The notes: a model not told the origin generated them from the sequence alone. 64,000 nucleotides of DNA from an uncultured Planctomycetales bacterium (GCA_964464475.1 CAYXGG010000007.1:5305-69304), one strand, 5' to 3'. Counted from the first letter of the stretch, positions 1-9,358 are shown. Made by a program: numbers and translations.

Positions 1-933
1 GGAAATATCGATGATGAGGCGTTTGACAACGTAACCGCGGCCTTCGTTGGAAGGAACAACCCCATCGTTAATGGCAAAGGTGACAGCTCTTAAGTGGTCC
101 GCGATAACGCGTTTTTCCGTAACGGGCAAACGAACATTGTCTGTCGCGCATTCCTTTTCTATGCCTTTCAGGATTGGTTCAAATAAGTCAGTCTCAAAAT
201 TGCTTTTCTTTCCTTGAATGACCGCTACGAGTCGTTCTAAGCCCATGCCGGTATCAATGTTTTTTCCGGGCAAAGGATCCAACACGCCACCGTCTTTGCG
301 GTTGAATTGAGTGAACACCAAATTCCAGATTTCCGCAAAGCGTCCACAGCTACAAGACGGATCACACTGGTTTTTGCGGGGACATTCTGGGTTCTCTCCA
401 TAATCAAAAAATATTTCTGAGCACGGACCGCAGGGACCGTTGGGCCCTTTTTCACGCGCTTCCGATGGCCAGAAGTTATCTTTATCTCCCAGGCGGACGA
501 GTCGCGATTTTGGAATTTTAATGTCATTTAGCCAAATCGCTTCGGCTTCGGCATCTTCTTGATAAACCGAGACCCAAAGTTTGTCGGCTGGAATCTGTAA
601 CGTTTGCGTTAGAAATTCCCAACCCCAAGCGATGGCTTCTTTCTTGAAGTAATCTCCGAAAGAAAAGTTTCCCAACATTTCAAAGAAGGTGTGGTGAACA
701 GGAGTTTTTCCTACCTTGTCTAGGTCATCGGTGCGCAGGCATTTTTGGCTGGTCGTTGCGCGGGTGTAACCCTCAATGTGACCTAAAAATTGTCGTTTAA
801 ATTGTTGCATGCCAGCGGTAGTGAACAGCACGGTAGGGTCTTCCTTAGGAACGACCGAGTCGCTGGCCACAATGGTATGTCCCTTAGAAGCGAAGAAATC
901 CAAGTACTTTTTTCTGATATCGTTGGCGTTCAT
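1..933 (-). CDS. alaS: Alanyl-tRNA synthetase, N-terminal part (partial; continues beyond window start)
   Basis: Reverse complement of 933 downward reads ATGAACGCCAACGATATC = MNANDI, then a class II AlaRS N-terminal catalytic region translated by eye. The ATG overlaps the recX stop as ATGA. It is absent from the ORF track because it runs off the window edge. Confidence 0.8.
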   Translation of the reverse strand, partial: MNANDIRKKYLDFFASKGHTIVASDSVVPKEDPTVLFTTAGMQQFKRQFLGHIEGYTRATTSQKCLRTDDLDKVGKTPVHHTFFEMLGNFSFGDYFKKEAIAWGWEFLTQTLQIPADKLWVSVYQEDAEAEAIWLNDIKIPKSRLVRLGDKDNFWPSEAREKGPNGPCGPCSEIFFDYGENPECPRKNQCDPSCSCGRFAEIWNLVFTQFNRKDGGVLDPLPGKNIDTGMGLERLVAVIQGKKSNFETDLFEPILKGIEKECATDNVRLPVTEKRVIADHLRAVTFAINDGVVPSNEGRGYVVKRLIIDIS

Positions 934-1403
934 AGTTTTCGTATGGCTTGCTGGATGAGCGAGAGGGAAAAACCCCGGCGGGCCAGAAAGTCAAAAATTC
1001 TTTTTTTTCGTTTTAAAGGTTCAATGTTTTGATAAAGCTTTAATTTTTTCTTAACTAAGGATTCTACCGCGCTGGGTTCATCCAGGTCTTCTTGTGCCGA
1101 TTCACGCTGGTCTTGAATAATATCATCCGCGATGCCTTTAATTTTTAATTCCTGGATGATTCGATTCATCCCCAGCGGTTTGGTCAGTCGATATTTAATC
1201 CAGGCTTTGGCAAATGCTGCGTCATCAATAAAACGGTAGCTCTTCAAATACCGGATGGTCTCTTCAATAACCTCAGGAGAAAACTTTTTGCGCTTCAGGC
1301 GGTCGCGTAGTTCGTGCTCGCTGCGCGGTCGAATTTTAAGTAGTCTTAAGGCTGACGTTTTAGCGCGTGAACATTCCTCCGGAAAATCATTTAATGTATC
1401 CAT
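930..1403 (-). CDS. recX: RecA regulator RecX
   Basis: 157 aa, basic helical protein immediately downstream of recA. The recA-recX-alaS order is the conserved arrangement. Confidence 0.8.
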   Translation of the reverse strand: MDTLNDFPEECSRAKTSALRLLKIRPRSEHELRDRLKRKKFSPEVIEETIRYLKSYRFIDDAAFAKAWIKYRLTKPLGMNRIIQELKIKGIADDIIQDQRESAQEDLDEPSAVESLVKKKLKLYQNIEPLKRKKRIFDFLARRGFSLSLIQQAIRKL

Positions 1404-2897
1404 TTATTCTGGCACAACGAAAAGCCCGCGCGTGGTACGAACTAAACAATCGCCCGTGGCTTTTTTGATCCGCGTGTTGAACTCTTTTAAATTCGTCACC
1501 GGAAGCTTATTGATGCTATCAATGATATCGCCTTTACGAACACCGGCGATAAATGCCGCGCTTTTGGTATCAATGTCCGTGACCATGACTCCCTGTAAAT
1601 TGGTCAACGTGCGCACGATTTGGTTGGGGGGAATGTCCTGAATTGTTAATCCCCGCCAGGCGATGGCATTGGACGTTAACTCTTCTTCCTTTTCCTCTTC
1701 AACAGGAACCGAAATATCTTCTTCCAGCCCAGGACGCTTTGCCACGGTCACCGTTAATTCTTTTTCTTGATCATCGCGTAAAATTTTGATTTTAGTCTCC
1801 GTGCCAATCGGTGTATTGCCTATCAAATTGGTTAGGTTGCCGGAGTTTTTCATTTCTTTGTCGTTTACTTTCAGGATCACATCACCCTCTTTTAAGCCAG
1901 CTTTTGCCGCGGGAGTACCTGCGAGGACTTTAGAGATAACCACACCACGTCGATTTGTGACGTTAAAATATTCCGCCAGGCTTTCGTTTAAGTCCTGAAT
2001 ACTGACGCCAATCCATCCATAGTCGACTTGTTTTCCTTCAATCAATTTGTCAACGATGCGCTTAGCGCTGCTGCTGGGAATGGCAAAGCCAATACCTTGA
2101 TAGCCCCCGGAGGTTGAGAAAATGGCTACGTTAATACCGATAATATCTCCTTTAAGATTAACCAAGGGGCCTCCGGAATTACCGGGATTGATGACGGCAT
2201 CGGTTTGAATAAGATCAGAATAATCAGTGTCCTGCTCAGTAGCCGCTCGGGGTAAAGTCCTATGCAGCGCGCTAATGACTCCGGTCGTGACGGCGGGTTC
2301 CGTGTTCGGCAATAGATATCCAAAGGGATATCCGATAGCGACCACCCATTGGCCTATTTTTAAATGATCGGACGCTTCCAAGGCCACCACCGGCAAATTC
2401 TCAGCGGCAATTTTGATGACGGCCAAGTCTGAACGGGAATCTGTTCCCTGAATAGTGCCGGAAAATTCTCGGCCATCCGCCAACGTCACCTTAATTTTAT
2501 CGGTGTCTTCCACGACGTGAGCGTTGGTAAGGATAAACCCGCGAGGGTCAATGATGACTCCGGAGCCTAAGCCGGCTTTCTTGAGTTCTTTTTCCGGTAA
2601 ACTACCAAAAAAGTCGGAGAAGAATTTGTCAATTAATTGATCTTCGTAAGCACTGCCAAAGAGCGGATCTAAAACCTGCTGACGTTGAATTTTCTCTGAT
2701 TGAATTGAGACGACTGCCGGGCCTACTTTAGCGGCGACATCCTCAATGGCTGTGGTCAGTTCAGGTTCTCCGGCAGCAGTGAGGGCGGCCCCGAGGGGCC
2801 GCCCTGTCACCACCAAGACTAACGTCACCATGCTACCTAAAAGACCAACAAGTCGTTTAAACGCACTCGCTGAATTGTTGACGCCCTTTACGTTCAT
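1404..2897 (-). CDS. htrA: Periplasmic serine endoprotease DegP/HtrA family (trypsin-like domain plus two PDZ domains)
   Basis: 497 aa with an N-terminal signal/TM segment. Carries the GNSGGPL catalytic-serine motif and HAVV histidine region, with PDZ-like repeats at the C-terminus. Confidence 0.9.
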   Translation of the reverse strand: MNVKGVNNSASAFKRLVGLLGSMVTLVLVVTGRPLGAALTAAGEPELTTAIEDVAAKVGPAVVSIQSEKIQRQQVLDPLFGSAYEDQLIDKFFSDFFGSLPEKELKKAGLGSGVIIDPRGFILTNAHVVEDTDKIKVTLADGREFSGTIQGTDSRSDLAVIKIAAENLPVVALEASDHLKIGQWVVAIGYPFGYLLPNTEPAVTTGVISALHRTLPRAATEQDTDYSDLIQTDAVINPGNSGGPLVNLKGDIIGINVAIFSTSGGYQGIGFAIPSSSAKRIVDKLIEGKQVDYGWIGVSIQDLNESLAEYFNVTNRRGVVISKVLAGTPAAKAGLKEGDVILKVNDKEMKNSGNLTNLIGNTPIGTETKIKILRDDQEKELTVTVAKRPGLEEDISVPVEEEKEEELTSNAIAWRGLTIQDIPPNQIVRTLTNLQGVMVTDIDTKSAAFIAGVRKGDIIDSINKLPVTNLKEFNTRIKKATGDCLVRTTRGLFVVPE

Positions 2898-2903
2898 CCA
2901 ACC

Positions 2904-3980
2904 TTACCGCTTGAGCGCTAATTTTTCCAAGATTTGTTTTTCAATACGGTTCAGTATCTTGGGATTTTCTTGGAGGAATTTTCGCGCGCTCTCTCTTCCC
3001 TGGCCGATCTTTTCATTCTCAAAAGAAAGCCATGCTCCACTTTTTTGAATGATTTCTTTATCAGTCCCTATGTCGAGAACATCACTGATGCGCGAAATGC
3101 CTTCATTAAAAAGGATTTCAAACTCTGCTTCGCGAAACGGCGCCGCCACTTTATTCTTGACGACTTTTAGTTTAACGCGGTTTCCCACAATCTCTTCACC
3201 TACTTTAATGGATTCGATTCGACGCACTTCCAAACGAACCGACGCGTAGAATTTGAGCGCTCGGCCACCGGTGGTTGTTTCCGGATTTCCGAACATGACC
3301 CCGATCTTCATACGGATTTGGTTAATGAAGATGACGCAGGTTTTGGATTTATTGATGGCGGCCGTCAGTTTACGCAAGGCTTGAGACATGAGGCGCGCTT
3401 GCAACCCCATGTGCGAATCCCCCATTTCCCCTTCTATTTCGGCTCGCGGAGTTAGGGCGGCTACGGAATCAATAACGACTAAATCCACCGCGTTTGAGCG
3501 AACGAGCGTTTCGGCAATCTCGAGAGCTTGTTCGCCGGTATCGGGTTGGGAAACCAAAAGATCATCCAGTTTGACGCCTACTTTACCGGCGTAATTGGAG
3601 TCAAACGCGTGTTCAGCATCAATGAACGCTGCCACCCCACCTATTTTTTGAACTTGAGAAATAACGCTTAAAGTGAAAGTTGTTTTACCCGAAGATTCAG
3701 GTCCATAGACCTCAACAATCCGACCACGAGGTAATCCCCCCACACCTAAAGCCGCGTCAATCGCTAGCGAACCGGTAGGTATGACTGCAATATTGGTTTG
3801 TACGCTGCCATCCAGTTTCATGATGGAACCTTTGCCAAATTGTTTTTCAATTTGGGCTAACGCTAATTCCAGCGCTTTTTGCTTCTGTGGATTGGTCGCT
3901 GCGTCGAGCGTTTTTTCCACTTTTTCTGATTTTTCCGACTTCTCTACTGCTTTTTCCAAATGCTTTTTTCCTTCAGCCAT
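2904..3980 (-). CDS. recA: Recombinase RecA
   Basis: Walker [10 protein letters not shown] and the RecA core are conserved throughout. The start is chosen at MAEGKK (cat at 3978-3980), with an AAAGGAG SD 8 nt upstream. The ORF track's longer N-terminus uses an upstream alternative start. Confidence 0.95.
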   Translation of the reverse strand: MAEGKKHLEKAVEKSEKSEKVEKTLDAATNPQKQKALELALAQIEKQFGKGSIMKLDGSVQTNIAVIPTGSLAIDAALGVGGLPRGRIVEVYGPESSGKTTFTLSVISQVQKIGGVAAFIDAEHAFDSNYAGKVGVKLDDLLVSQPDTGEQALEIAETLVRSNAVDLVVIDSVAALTPRAEIEGEMGDSHMGLQARLMSQALRKLTAAINKSKTCVIFINQIRMKIGVMFGNPETTTGGRALKFYASVRLEVRRIESIKVGEEIVGNRVKLKVVKNKVAAPFREAEFEILFNEGISRISDVLDIGTDKEIIQKSGAWLSFENEKIGQGRESARKFLQENPKILNRIEKQILEKLALKR

Positions 3981-4112
3981 GAGATGAGCTCCTTTCGTTG
4001 GAGGGAGGCGGGTATTATAGGAAACCTTTTTTGGGTTGTCAAACAATTATCCGGGAGTGTTAGCTGCCATTAACCTGTTTAATCGTAAATAGTTATAAGC
4101 ACAAAGAGATGA

Positions 4113-5942
4113 TCATTTAGGATTTGAGGGTATCTTGGTCGCACACGTTTGCAAAGTCTGGTGAATCATTTTGGTAAGAATCGGTTTTTGTTTGAGGACC
4201 TGTTGATAGTATTCCTGGGCACGTCCGCAGTCTCCTTGGGCTTGGTGGATTTGACCTAAGCGAAACAAAGCATCAAAACTAAAGGGTGATAAGCGAAGCA
4301 CTTGTTCAAATAAACTAATGGCCGCTGGGTAATTATGGAGCTGTTCCTGACTAAAGGCCAGATTATAAAGCGCATCAATGTGAAAAGGAGCGATATTTAA
4401 CACTTGAATGTACGAATCAATAGCCTTAGGCAAGTCCCCTTGTTTTAGATAAACATTTCCCAGATTACACAGAGTATTGACATCCACGGGATTTATGGTC
4501 AGTGCCGCTAGATAAGCGGCTTCTGCGTTCAACCATTCTTCTCTAATCTCAAAAATGGATCCCGCTTTGGAATGACGTAAAAATGAGATTGAATTGTTTG
4601 GTAGCTTGATTGGACTTAACAGTAAGAATAGACTTCCCGTCCATACTAAGCCGGTTAAGAGGTTACGAACATGTCCTCGTTTTCTTAGAGCTGCAGTCAA
4701 TTGGTTCCAAAACCAATTAAGCGTGTACGCTTCCAGAAGAATGAGAATAGGCAAAATGCCGGTTCGATGACGATGTGTGAGAAAGAAAATGAGGGTGAAT
4801 AACAGTTGCGAACCACAGAAAGCTAAAGCGTTTTGGGTAAAAGGATTTTCTCTGGTCAAAACCAAACCTAACAGGGCTAAAGGAACCATGACGGCGAAAG
4901 CATTAAAATCAAAGCGGTTCTTCCATTCTCGTTGAAAGATGAGATCTAAATCATAAGCGGCTTCGTTTTCAGAAAAGAAGGCCGCCGTTTTCCTTCCGAG
5001 CAATTTTAAATAGGCTCCGGGATTATTTTTTATAAACTCTCCTGCCTGCTGTTGGAAAAATTGAGAGACTTCTGAAGGACGCAGGGGTCTTTGTAACACG
5101 TTTTCAGCGTAAATGCGTTGGTCTGTATCTTGCCCTTCATGAGAAGGTCGGATGAATTCTGGATTTTCGAAAAATCCGGTGGCATGGGGGTTGTTGCCGG
5201 CCCACAAACTTAATCCGCTTTGAGCGGTGGTGAGAATCCAGTCCCCTCCTACCAGTTTATTACGAGCCATCACCATACTAAGAATTAAGGCGACGCCGAT
5301 AAGAAAGGCCAGGACTTTAGGGCCTTGGCGCAGCCAAGGCCCAGGAGTTCTTCCTAGCTGTAAGAAAGATAATATCGCGGCCAGGATCAGGAACTTTCCA
5401 TCGGCTAAGCTACCGATACCAACCAGCACTCCCAGGAGGCACCAATCTTTGGGTGATTCTTTCTGACGAAGTTGTTCGAGAATTAAGAGGATGAATAAAC
5501 TGATCGTGATGACCGGAGTTACCGGAAGCATCAGCCAGTCATAGTGAATGAGATTAAAATTCAGGGCGCAAAGTATCCCAGCCAATCGCCCGGTGTTTTC
5601 AGTAAATACATTACGGCCAATAACATAAACAAGGACACAATTAAATGCCCCGAGGGTCAGATGAAAAAGTTTAAGTATCTCCGGTGATCCCGCGGAGAGA
5701 ATCTTGAGGCACGCGAGAAAATGGGGATAGAATGGTAATCCCCAAAAAACATCAGCGGGAGTTTGCCCGAGCAGTATTTCTTGGGCCCATTGGGCATAAT
5801 AAGTGACATCGCTGCTGGGATGGCCGTAAAAAAAATAGTGAGATTTGAGTAGAATGTCGTAAAGGTAACGTGCGGTTAAGGCGAGAAAGAAAATCAAGAA
5901 ACCCATAAGTGGAATTCTTCGGGTCATGGCGCAGTTTGCCAT
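4113..5942 (-). CDS. Polytopic membrane protein with C-terminal TPR repeats (GT-C / PMT-ArnT-like glycosyltransferase family architecture)
   Basis: 609 aa with about 11 predicted TM helices in the N-terminal 420 aa. The C-terminal 150 aa has 3-4 TPR units (NLGNVYLKQGDLPKAIDSY, ALYNLAFSQEQL, ALFRLGQIHQAQGD). Confidence 0.55.
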   Translation of the reverse strand: MANCAMTRRIPLMGFLIFFLALTARYLYDILLKSHYFFYGHPSSDVTYYAQWAQEILLGQTPADVFWGLPFYPHFLACLKILSAGSPEILKLFHLTLGAFNCVLVYVIGRNVFTENTGRLAGILCALNFNLIHYDWLMLPVTPVITISLFILLILEQLRQKESPKDWCLLGVLVGIGSLADGKFLILAAILSFLQLGRTPGPWLRQGPKVLAFLIGVALILSMVMARNKLVGGDWILTTAQSGLSLWAGNNPHATGFFENPEFIRPSHEGQDTDQRIYAENVLQRPLRPSEVSQFFQQQAGEFIKNNPGAYLKLLGRKTAAFFSENEAAYDLDLIFQREWKNRFDFNAFAVMVPLALLGLVLTRENPFTQNALAFCGSQLLFTLIFFLTHRHRTGILPILILLEAYTLNWFWNQLTAALRKRGHVRNLLTGLVWTGSLFLLLSPIKLPNNSISFLRHSKAGSIFEIREEWLNAEAAYLAALTINPVDVNTLCNLGNVYLKQGDLPKAIDSYIQVLNIAPFHIDALYNLAFSQEQLHNYPAAISLFEQVLRLSPFSFDALFRLGQIHQAQGDCGRAQEYYQQVLKQKPILTKMIHQTLQTCATKIPSNPK

Positions 5943-6664
5943 AAACGTATGGCGGCTACGATGCTAAGTGCCGCAGTGTCGACTTTCAAAACGGTTTGTC
6001 CGAGCGATAACGGGATGGCTCCCTTCTCTTGAGCCCATTGAGATTCACTTGGGGTGAAGTCGCCTTCTGGCCCGATGAGAATAATGATTTTGCTTTGCGG
6101 AGAAATAGGGACGCACGCTTGCGAGAAATTCTTGCGTTTACCTTCTAACGTCGGGATGAATACGTGATCAAAACGTGAGAATTCGTTGAGGACTTCTTTG
6201 AAAACTGTGATGGGTTTGATGGTGGGGATATGTAAACAACCGGATTGTTTGGCCGCGTTGATGGCCACGGTTTGGTAGCGATCAGTTTTTTTAACCAGCT
6301 CCTTCCCTGATTTGGCAAAGAGTGTTCGTTCCGTGATCAAGGGAATAATTTCTTGAACGGAAAGCTCTGTACCTTTTTCAATAATATCTTCAAATTTGGC
6401 TTTTTTGGGAATCGCGCAAGCGAGCGTTATCAAAGGCGTTATTGGTCTAGAGCTAATCACGGTTTTAATACGGAATTCCAAAGATGAGGAACGTAAATCG
6501 ATAATTTCAGCAACGGCTTCAGATCCTTGCCCGTTGAAAATCTTGATAGATTGACCAGGCTTAAGTCTTAATACGGTTTTGGCGTGGTGAAGCTCTTGAG
6601 GATCATTGAGCCGCGCCAATTTTACCGTAGTTAGGTCTTCGTTAGGTAAATAAAATCGGTGCAT
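5924..6664 (-). CDS. rsmE: 16S rRNA (uracil1498-N3)-methyltransferase RsmE
   Basis: Start set at MHRFYLPNEDL (cat at 6662-6664), giving a 246 aa protein with the RsmE PUA-like N-terminus and SPOUT C-terminus (GPEGDFT motif). The upstream part of the tracked ORF overlaps a tRNA and is an artifact. Confidence 0.75.
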   Translation of the reverse strand: MHRFYLPNEDLTTVKLARLNDPQELHHAKTVLRLKPGQSIKIFNGQGSEAVAEIIDLRSSSLEFRIKTVISSRPITPLITLACAIPKKAKFEDIIEKGTELSVQEIIPLITERTLFAKSGKELVKKTDRYQTVAINAAKQSGCLHIPTIKPITVFKEVLNEFSRFDHVFIPTLEGKRKNFSQACVPISPQSKIIILIGPEGDFTPSESQWAQEKGAIPLSLGQTVLKVDTAALSIVAAIRLWQTAP

Positions 6665-6705
6665 AGAAGATTTTGAATTTAGGGAAGGTGTCTCTAAAAA
6701 AGAGT

Positions 6706-6781
6706 TGGTGGACCGAGGGGGGGTCGAACCCCCGACCTCCTGCTTGCGGAGCAGGCGCTCTCCCAACTGAGCTATCGGCCC
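6706..6781 (-). tRNA. tRNA-Ala (anticodon CGC read from the loop; CCA 3' end genomically encoded)
   Basis: Reverse complement is GGGCCGATAGCTCAGTTGGGAGAGCGCCTGCTCCGCAAGCAGGAGGTCGGGGGTTCGACCCCCCTCGGTCCACCA. It folds as a cloverleaf with 7/4/5/5 bp stems and a TTCGA T-loop. It has the G3:U70 alanine identity pair, and its anticodon loop is UCCGCAA. Confidence 0.85.
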
Positions 6782-6880
6782 AAAACCAAAGATGACAACA
6801 TACTGAAACACTCAAAAAGTTGCCCTATAGTATCAAATCTTTTTTTAAAAAACAAGTTTTGAAAATTAATGTTGGGGTAA

Positions 6881-7504
6881 TTACGGCGTGAGTCGCCAGG
6901 AATGCAAAGCAGCCTGGACGCGGGTTTTTAAATTGAAATCGGGATTTTCGAAGGGGTTGGCCGCTTGACTAGGGTCATAGCGGCTTTGGATGTTTACTTC
7001 AAAATATGTTCCTGTGCCGATGCGGGTAGTCGTGAGGGAAATAATTTTACCGATGTAAGTATCGGAGGGGTTACAGGCGCTAGGACTATTTTTGATGCAG
7101 GTAAATAGTCGATTGGCGTTTCCGCCGTTGCCAATGGTGTAACAAACCCAACTATCGTCGCCAAGGTTGGTGGGAGTATTTAGCTCAGCTCCCGCCATGT
7201 TAACGTCTCGGCGAATGCAAAGATCCGTGGAGGTTCCCCAGTCTCCGGACATCGTGTTGGCGCGCACACCGGTTGTCGTGGAGGGATTGCTGGCATTGCC
7301 TGTCGCCAACGTTAAATTCTTAGTGATATCCGCCATCATACCTCCCACCTGGGCAGCGATTAGGGATTTGCGGGTCGTACGGATTTGTGATTGTTTGGTG
7401 GCGTAATCAACGGAGACGACCCCCATCATCACCATGCCGATGAGCATCGTGGAAATCAAGAGTTCGGTTAAGGTGACACCTTTTTTTTGAGTTAGCTGCA
7501 ACAT
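6881..7504 (-). CDS. Type IV pilin-like / pseudopilin (prepilin-type N-terminal cleavage/methylation domain), 207 aa
   Basis: The N-terminus KKGVTLTELLISTMLIGMV matches the class III signal G|(F/V)TLxE, followed by a hydrophobic helix. Confidence 0.75.
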   Translation of the reverse strand: MLQLTQKKGVTLTELLISTMLIGMVMMGVVSVDYATKQSQIRTTRKSLIAAQVGGMMADITKNLTLATGNASNPSTTTGVRANTMSGDWGTSTDLCIRRDVNMAGAELNTPTNLGDDSWVCYTIGNGGNANRLFTCIKNSPSACNPSDTYIGKIISLTTTRIGTGTYFEVNIQSRYDPSQAANPFENPDFNLKTRVQAALHSWRLTP

Positions 7505-7507
7505 AGT

Positions 7508-7891
7508 TTAAGGCACTTCCGTCCAGGTAATATCAAGCGCGACTTGAAAAAGATTCGTACCGGCAACTGACGTCACGTTGTAATTGGCTGTATAGATGGT
7601 GCCATCAATGGTGGTGGTCCCTAACGGGTGCGAACCGATGGAAAAGTCGGTCCCGCCATTGTATTGTCGGGTGGTTGGATTAAAATTCCGGGCGTCAACT
7701 TTGCTACGTAAATCTTCTAAAATTTGCCGTCCGTAATAGGCCGCGGTTAATTTGCGTTCCGAAATGGCTGCTGGTTTGCGAATGGCGGCAATCGAAGCAA
7801 AAGTTCCTAACGCGGCTATGGTAAAGATAATGGCCGCGACCAATACTTCGACCATGGTGAAGCCTTGTTTGGTTTTTTGCCGATTAAGCAT
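7508..7891 (-). CDS. Type IV pilin-like / pseudopilin, 127 aa
   Basis: The N-terminus KQGFTMVEVLVAAIIF is a canonical G|FTxxE prepilin motif. Confidence 0.8.
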   Translation of the reverse strand: MLNRQKTKQGFTMVEVLVAAIIFTIAALGTFASIAAIRKPAAISERKLTAAYYGRQILEDLRSKVDARNFNPTTRQYNGGTDFSIGSHPLGTTTIDGTIYTANYNVTSVAGTNLFQVALDITWTEVP

Positions 7892-7895
7892 GTCG

Positions 7896-8300
7896 TTAGG
7901 GACAGCTTCCCGCCGTACAAGACGGATTCGTGGTTGTTAGGGGTGATGACGTTACTGTGACCGTAAAGGTTGCTGCCGGTCCCCAACGAACCGCCGTCAC
8001 CGTAAAGGCCGCCCCGCCGTTAGTACTGGTAAAGGTCATGCCATTCTCAATAATATTGAGCCCTAAATTGGTGTTAATGGCGGAGACATTGCCCGTTCCC
8101 CAGTAGGTGCCATATTGGGCCCGATAAATCTGTTGAGCACCGTGTAGCGCCGTTAGATTATTGATCGCGGTTTGTTGATATGACCTTTCGACTGTTTTTC
8201 GATAATTAGGAAGTGCTACGCCGGCAATGACCGCTAGGATAATAATAACGACAATGACTTCGATTAAAGTAAAACCCAAGGGATTTTTGTTTTTGGTCAT
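7896..8300 (-). CDS. Type IV pilin-like / pseudopilin, 134 aa
   Basis: The N-terminus NPLGFTLIEVIVVIIIL is a canonical prepilin leader. Confidence 0.8.
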   Translation of the reverse strand: MTKNKNPLGFTLIEVIVVIIILAVIAGVALPNYRKTVERSYQQTAINNLTALHGAQQIYRAQYGTYWGTGNVSAINTNLGLNIIENGMTFTSTNGGAAFTVTAVRWGPAATFTVTVTSSPLTTTNPSCTAGSCP

Positions 8301-8303
8301 GTT

Positions 8304-8723
8304 TCAATATCCTATTTTAGTGCAAATGTTTCCTGTTCCGCCTGAACAGGTAATCGTGCCTCCTCGAGTAATACTAAGTTGATAGGCCCCATAACTCCCT
8401 CCACTGCGAGAAATTTGTGCGGCGGTATCACCTGAGGCGCCTGCCGCTAAAACCGTGGGCGCTCCAAAGTTTTGTGGGGTCGGGATGCTGACATCAAGGT
8501 TGGAAATACTATTGGTAAAGTTACCGCTATTATCTAGCGCATAACGATGCTGGGCTGCTAAGATCGCGGTTAAAATGCCTACGGCTTCTCTAGAGCGTAC
8601 TGTTTCTACTGATACCCCGTAGCGAGGCAACATGAGCCCGGCCATCGCGCCAATAATGATCAAGGCAACAACGGTCTGGACTAGAGTAAAAGCACTATTT
8701 CTTCTAAGCTTCAAGTTAGTCAT
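8304..8723 (-). CDS. Minor pilin-like protein with non-canonical leader (A at -1, Q at +5)
   Basis: The N-terminus RRNSAFTLVQTVVALIIIG has the pilin hydrophobic helix but lacks both the G-1 and the E+5 of the class III signal. Confidence 0.65.
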   Translation of the reverse strand: MTNLKLRRNSAFTLVQTVVALIIIGAMAGLMLPRYGVSVETVRSREAVGILTAILAAQHRYALDNSGNFTNSISNLDVSIPTPQNFGAPTVLAAGASGDTAAQISRSGGSYGAYQLSITRGGTITCSGGTGNICTKIGY

Positions 8724-8752
8724 AAGAGTCGAAAAGAAGTCTTTAAAGAGCT

Positions 8753-8782
8753 CCGGGCTGTCAGCGCCTGCTGACAGCCCGG
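8753..8782 (-). terminator. Intrinsic terminator-like hairpin downstream of the major pilin gene (perfect 13 bp stem, 4 nt loop)
   Basis: CCGGGCTGTCAGC-GCCT-GCTGACAGCCCGG. The minus-strand transcript continues AGCUCUUUAAAGACUUCUUUUCG, which is U-rich, and a T-rich run also follows on the plus strand. Confidence 0.55.
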
Positions 8783-8812
8783 GAGGTGTTTTGTGCTTAA
8801 GCTAATTTAGGC

Positions 8813-9232
8813 TTAATTAACTGCACCAAACTTGCTCGTACCGGTGCGGGTTACCGTTGAACCGGTATAAGTAAGAACGACCGTACTGGAACCGTCTCCA
8901 CCATTACGAGTATTACGAGTCGCGGTAATGGTGTATTGCGTGGCGGCGGGCGCGGTTAACGCATAGCTAAAGTGCGCGTTCGGAACCTGACCAGGATCTT
9001 CAACGTCCAAGTTGGTGAAACTGACGCAAGGACCAGAATAGGAAGATCTCATCAGATAGCAGCGTTCAATAGACTGACGCACCGTGGTGACGGCTTGCAT
9101 AGCTTCCGTGGCTTTGGAATATTCTACCGTGCTAAAGAATCGCGGTAAAGCCAAGCTGGCTAAGACACCAACGATGATAATGACGATAATGACTTCCAAA
9201 AGCGTGAAACCGCTCTTTTTATTAATTCTCAT
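8813..9232 (-). CDS. Major type IV pilin (PilA/GspG-like), 139 aa
   Basis: N-terminus KKSGFTLLEVIIVIIIVGVLASLALP, with a strong GGAGGG SD. It is the only pilin gene followed by a strong hairpin terminator, and it sits immediately after pilC. Confidence 0.8.
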   Translation of the reverse strand: MRINKKSGFTLLEVIIVIIIVGVLASLALPRFFSTVEYSKATEAMQAVTTVRQSIERCYLMRSSYSGPCVSFTNLDVEDPGQVPNAHFSYALTAPAATQYTITATRNTRNGGDGSSTVVLTYTGSTVTRTGTSKFGAVN

Positions 9233-9306
9233 TTGTACCCTCCAAGAGTTCGTTTTTTAGTTAGTTTTGCTGCCCAAAAAGCCCTGTTCGTGCGCACAAC
9301 ACCCCC

Positions 9307-9358
9307 TTTCGAGTGACTACAATGATTATAAAACTTAATTGAGTCAGCGCACTCGAAA
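9307..9358 (-). promoter_or_regulatory. Candidate pilA promoter region: TATAAT -10 (minus strand, 9325-9330) bracketed by a 9 bp inverted repeat TTTCGAGTG...CACTCGAAA
   Basis: The reverse complement contains TTTTATAATCATTG about 90 nt upstream of the pilA ATG. The inverted repeat arms are at 9307-9315 and 9350-9358. No sigma-54 GG-N10-GC element was found. Confidence 0.3.

Noticed and set aside
237-527. 96 aa minus-strand ORF inside the alaS region
   Set aside because: It is in a different frame from the clearly recognisable AlaRS reading frame that spans 1-933 on the same strand, so it is a frame-overlap artifact.
5924-5942. Apparent 19 bp overlap between rsmE and the TPR membrane protein as a possible frameshift or pseudogene
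   Set aside because: Same-strand overlaps of this size are common in this window. Both ORFs are full length with intact motifs.
6665-6811. N-terminal 49 codons of the tracked 295 aa ORF (MFQYVVIFGFGPIAQLGERLL...)
   Set aside because: This stretch is the translation of a tRNA-Ala gene on the same strand (QLGERLL = GCTCAGTTGGGAGAGCGCCTGCTC), and the true rsmE start is the internal Met at 6664.
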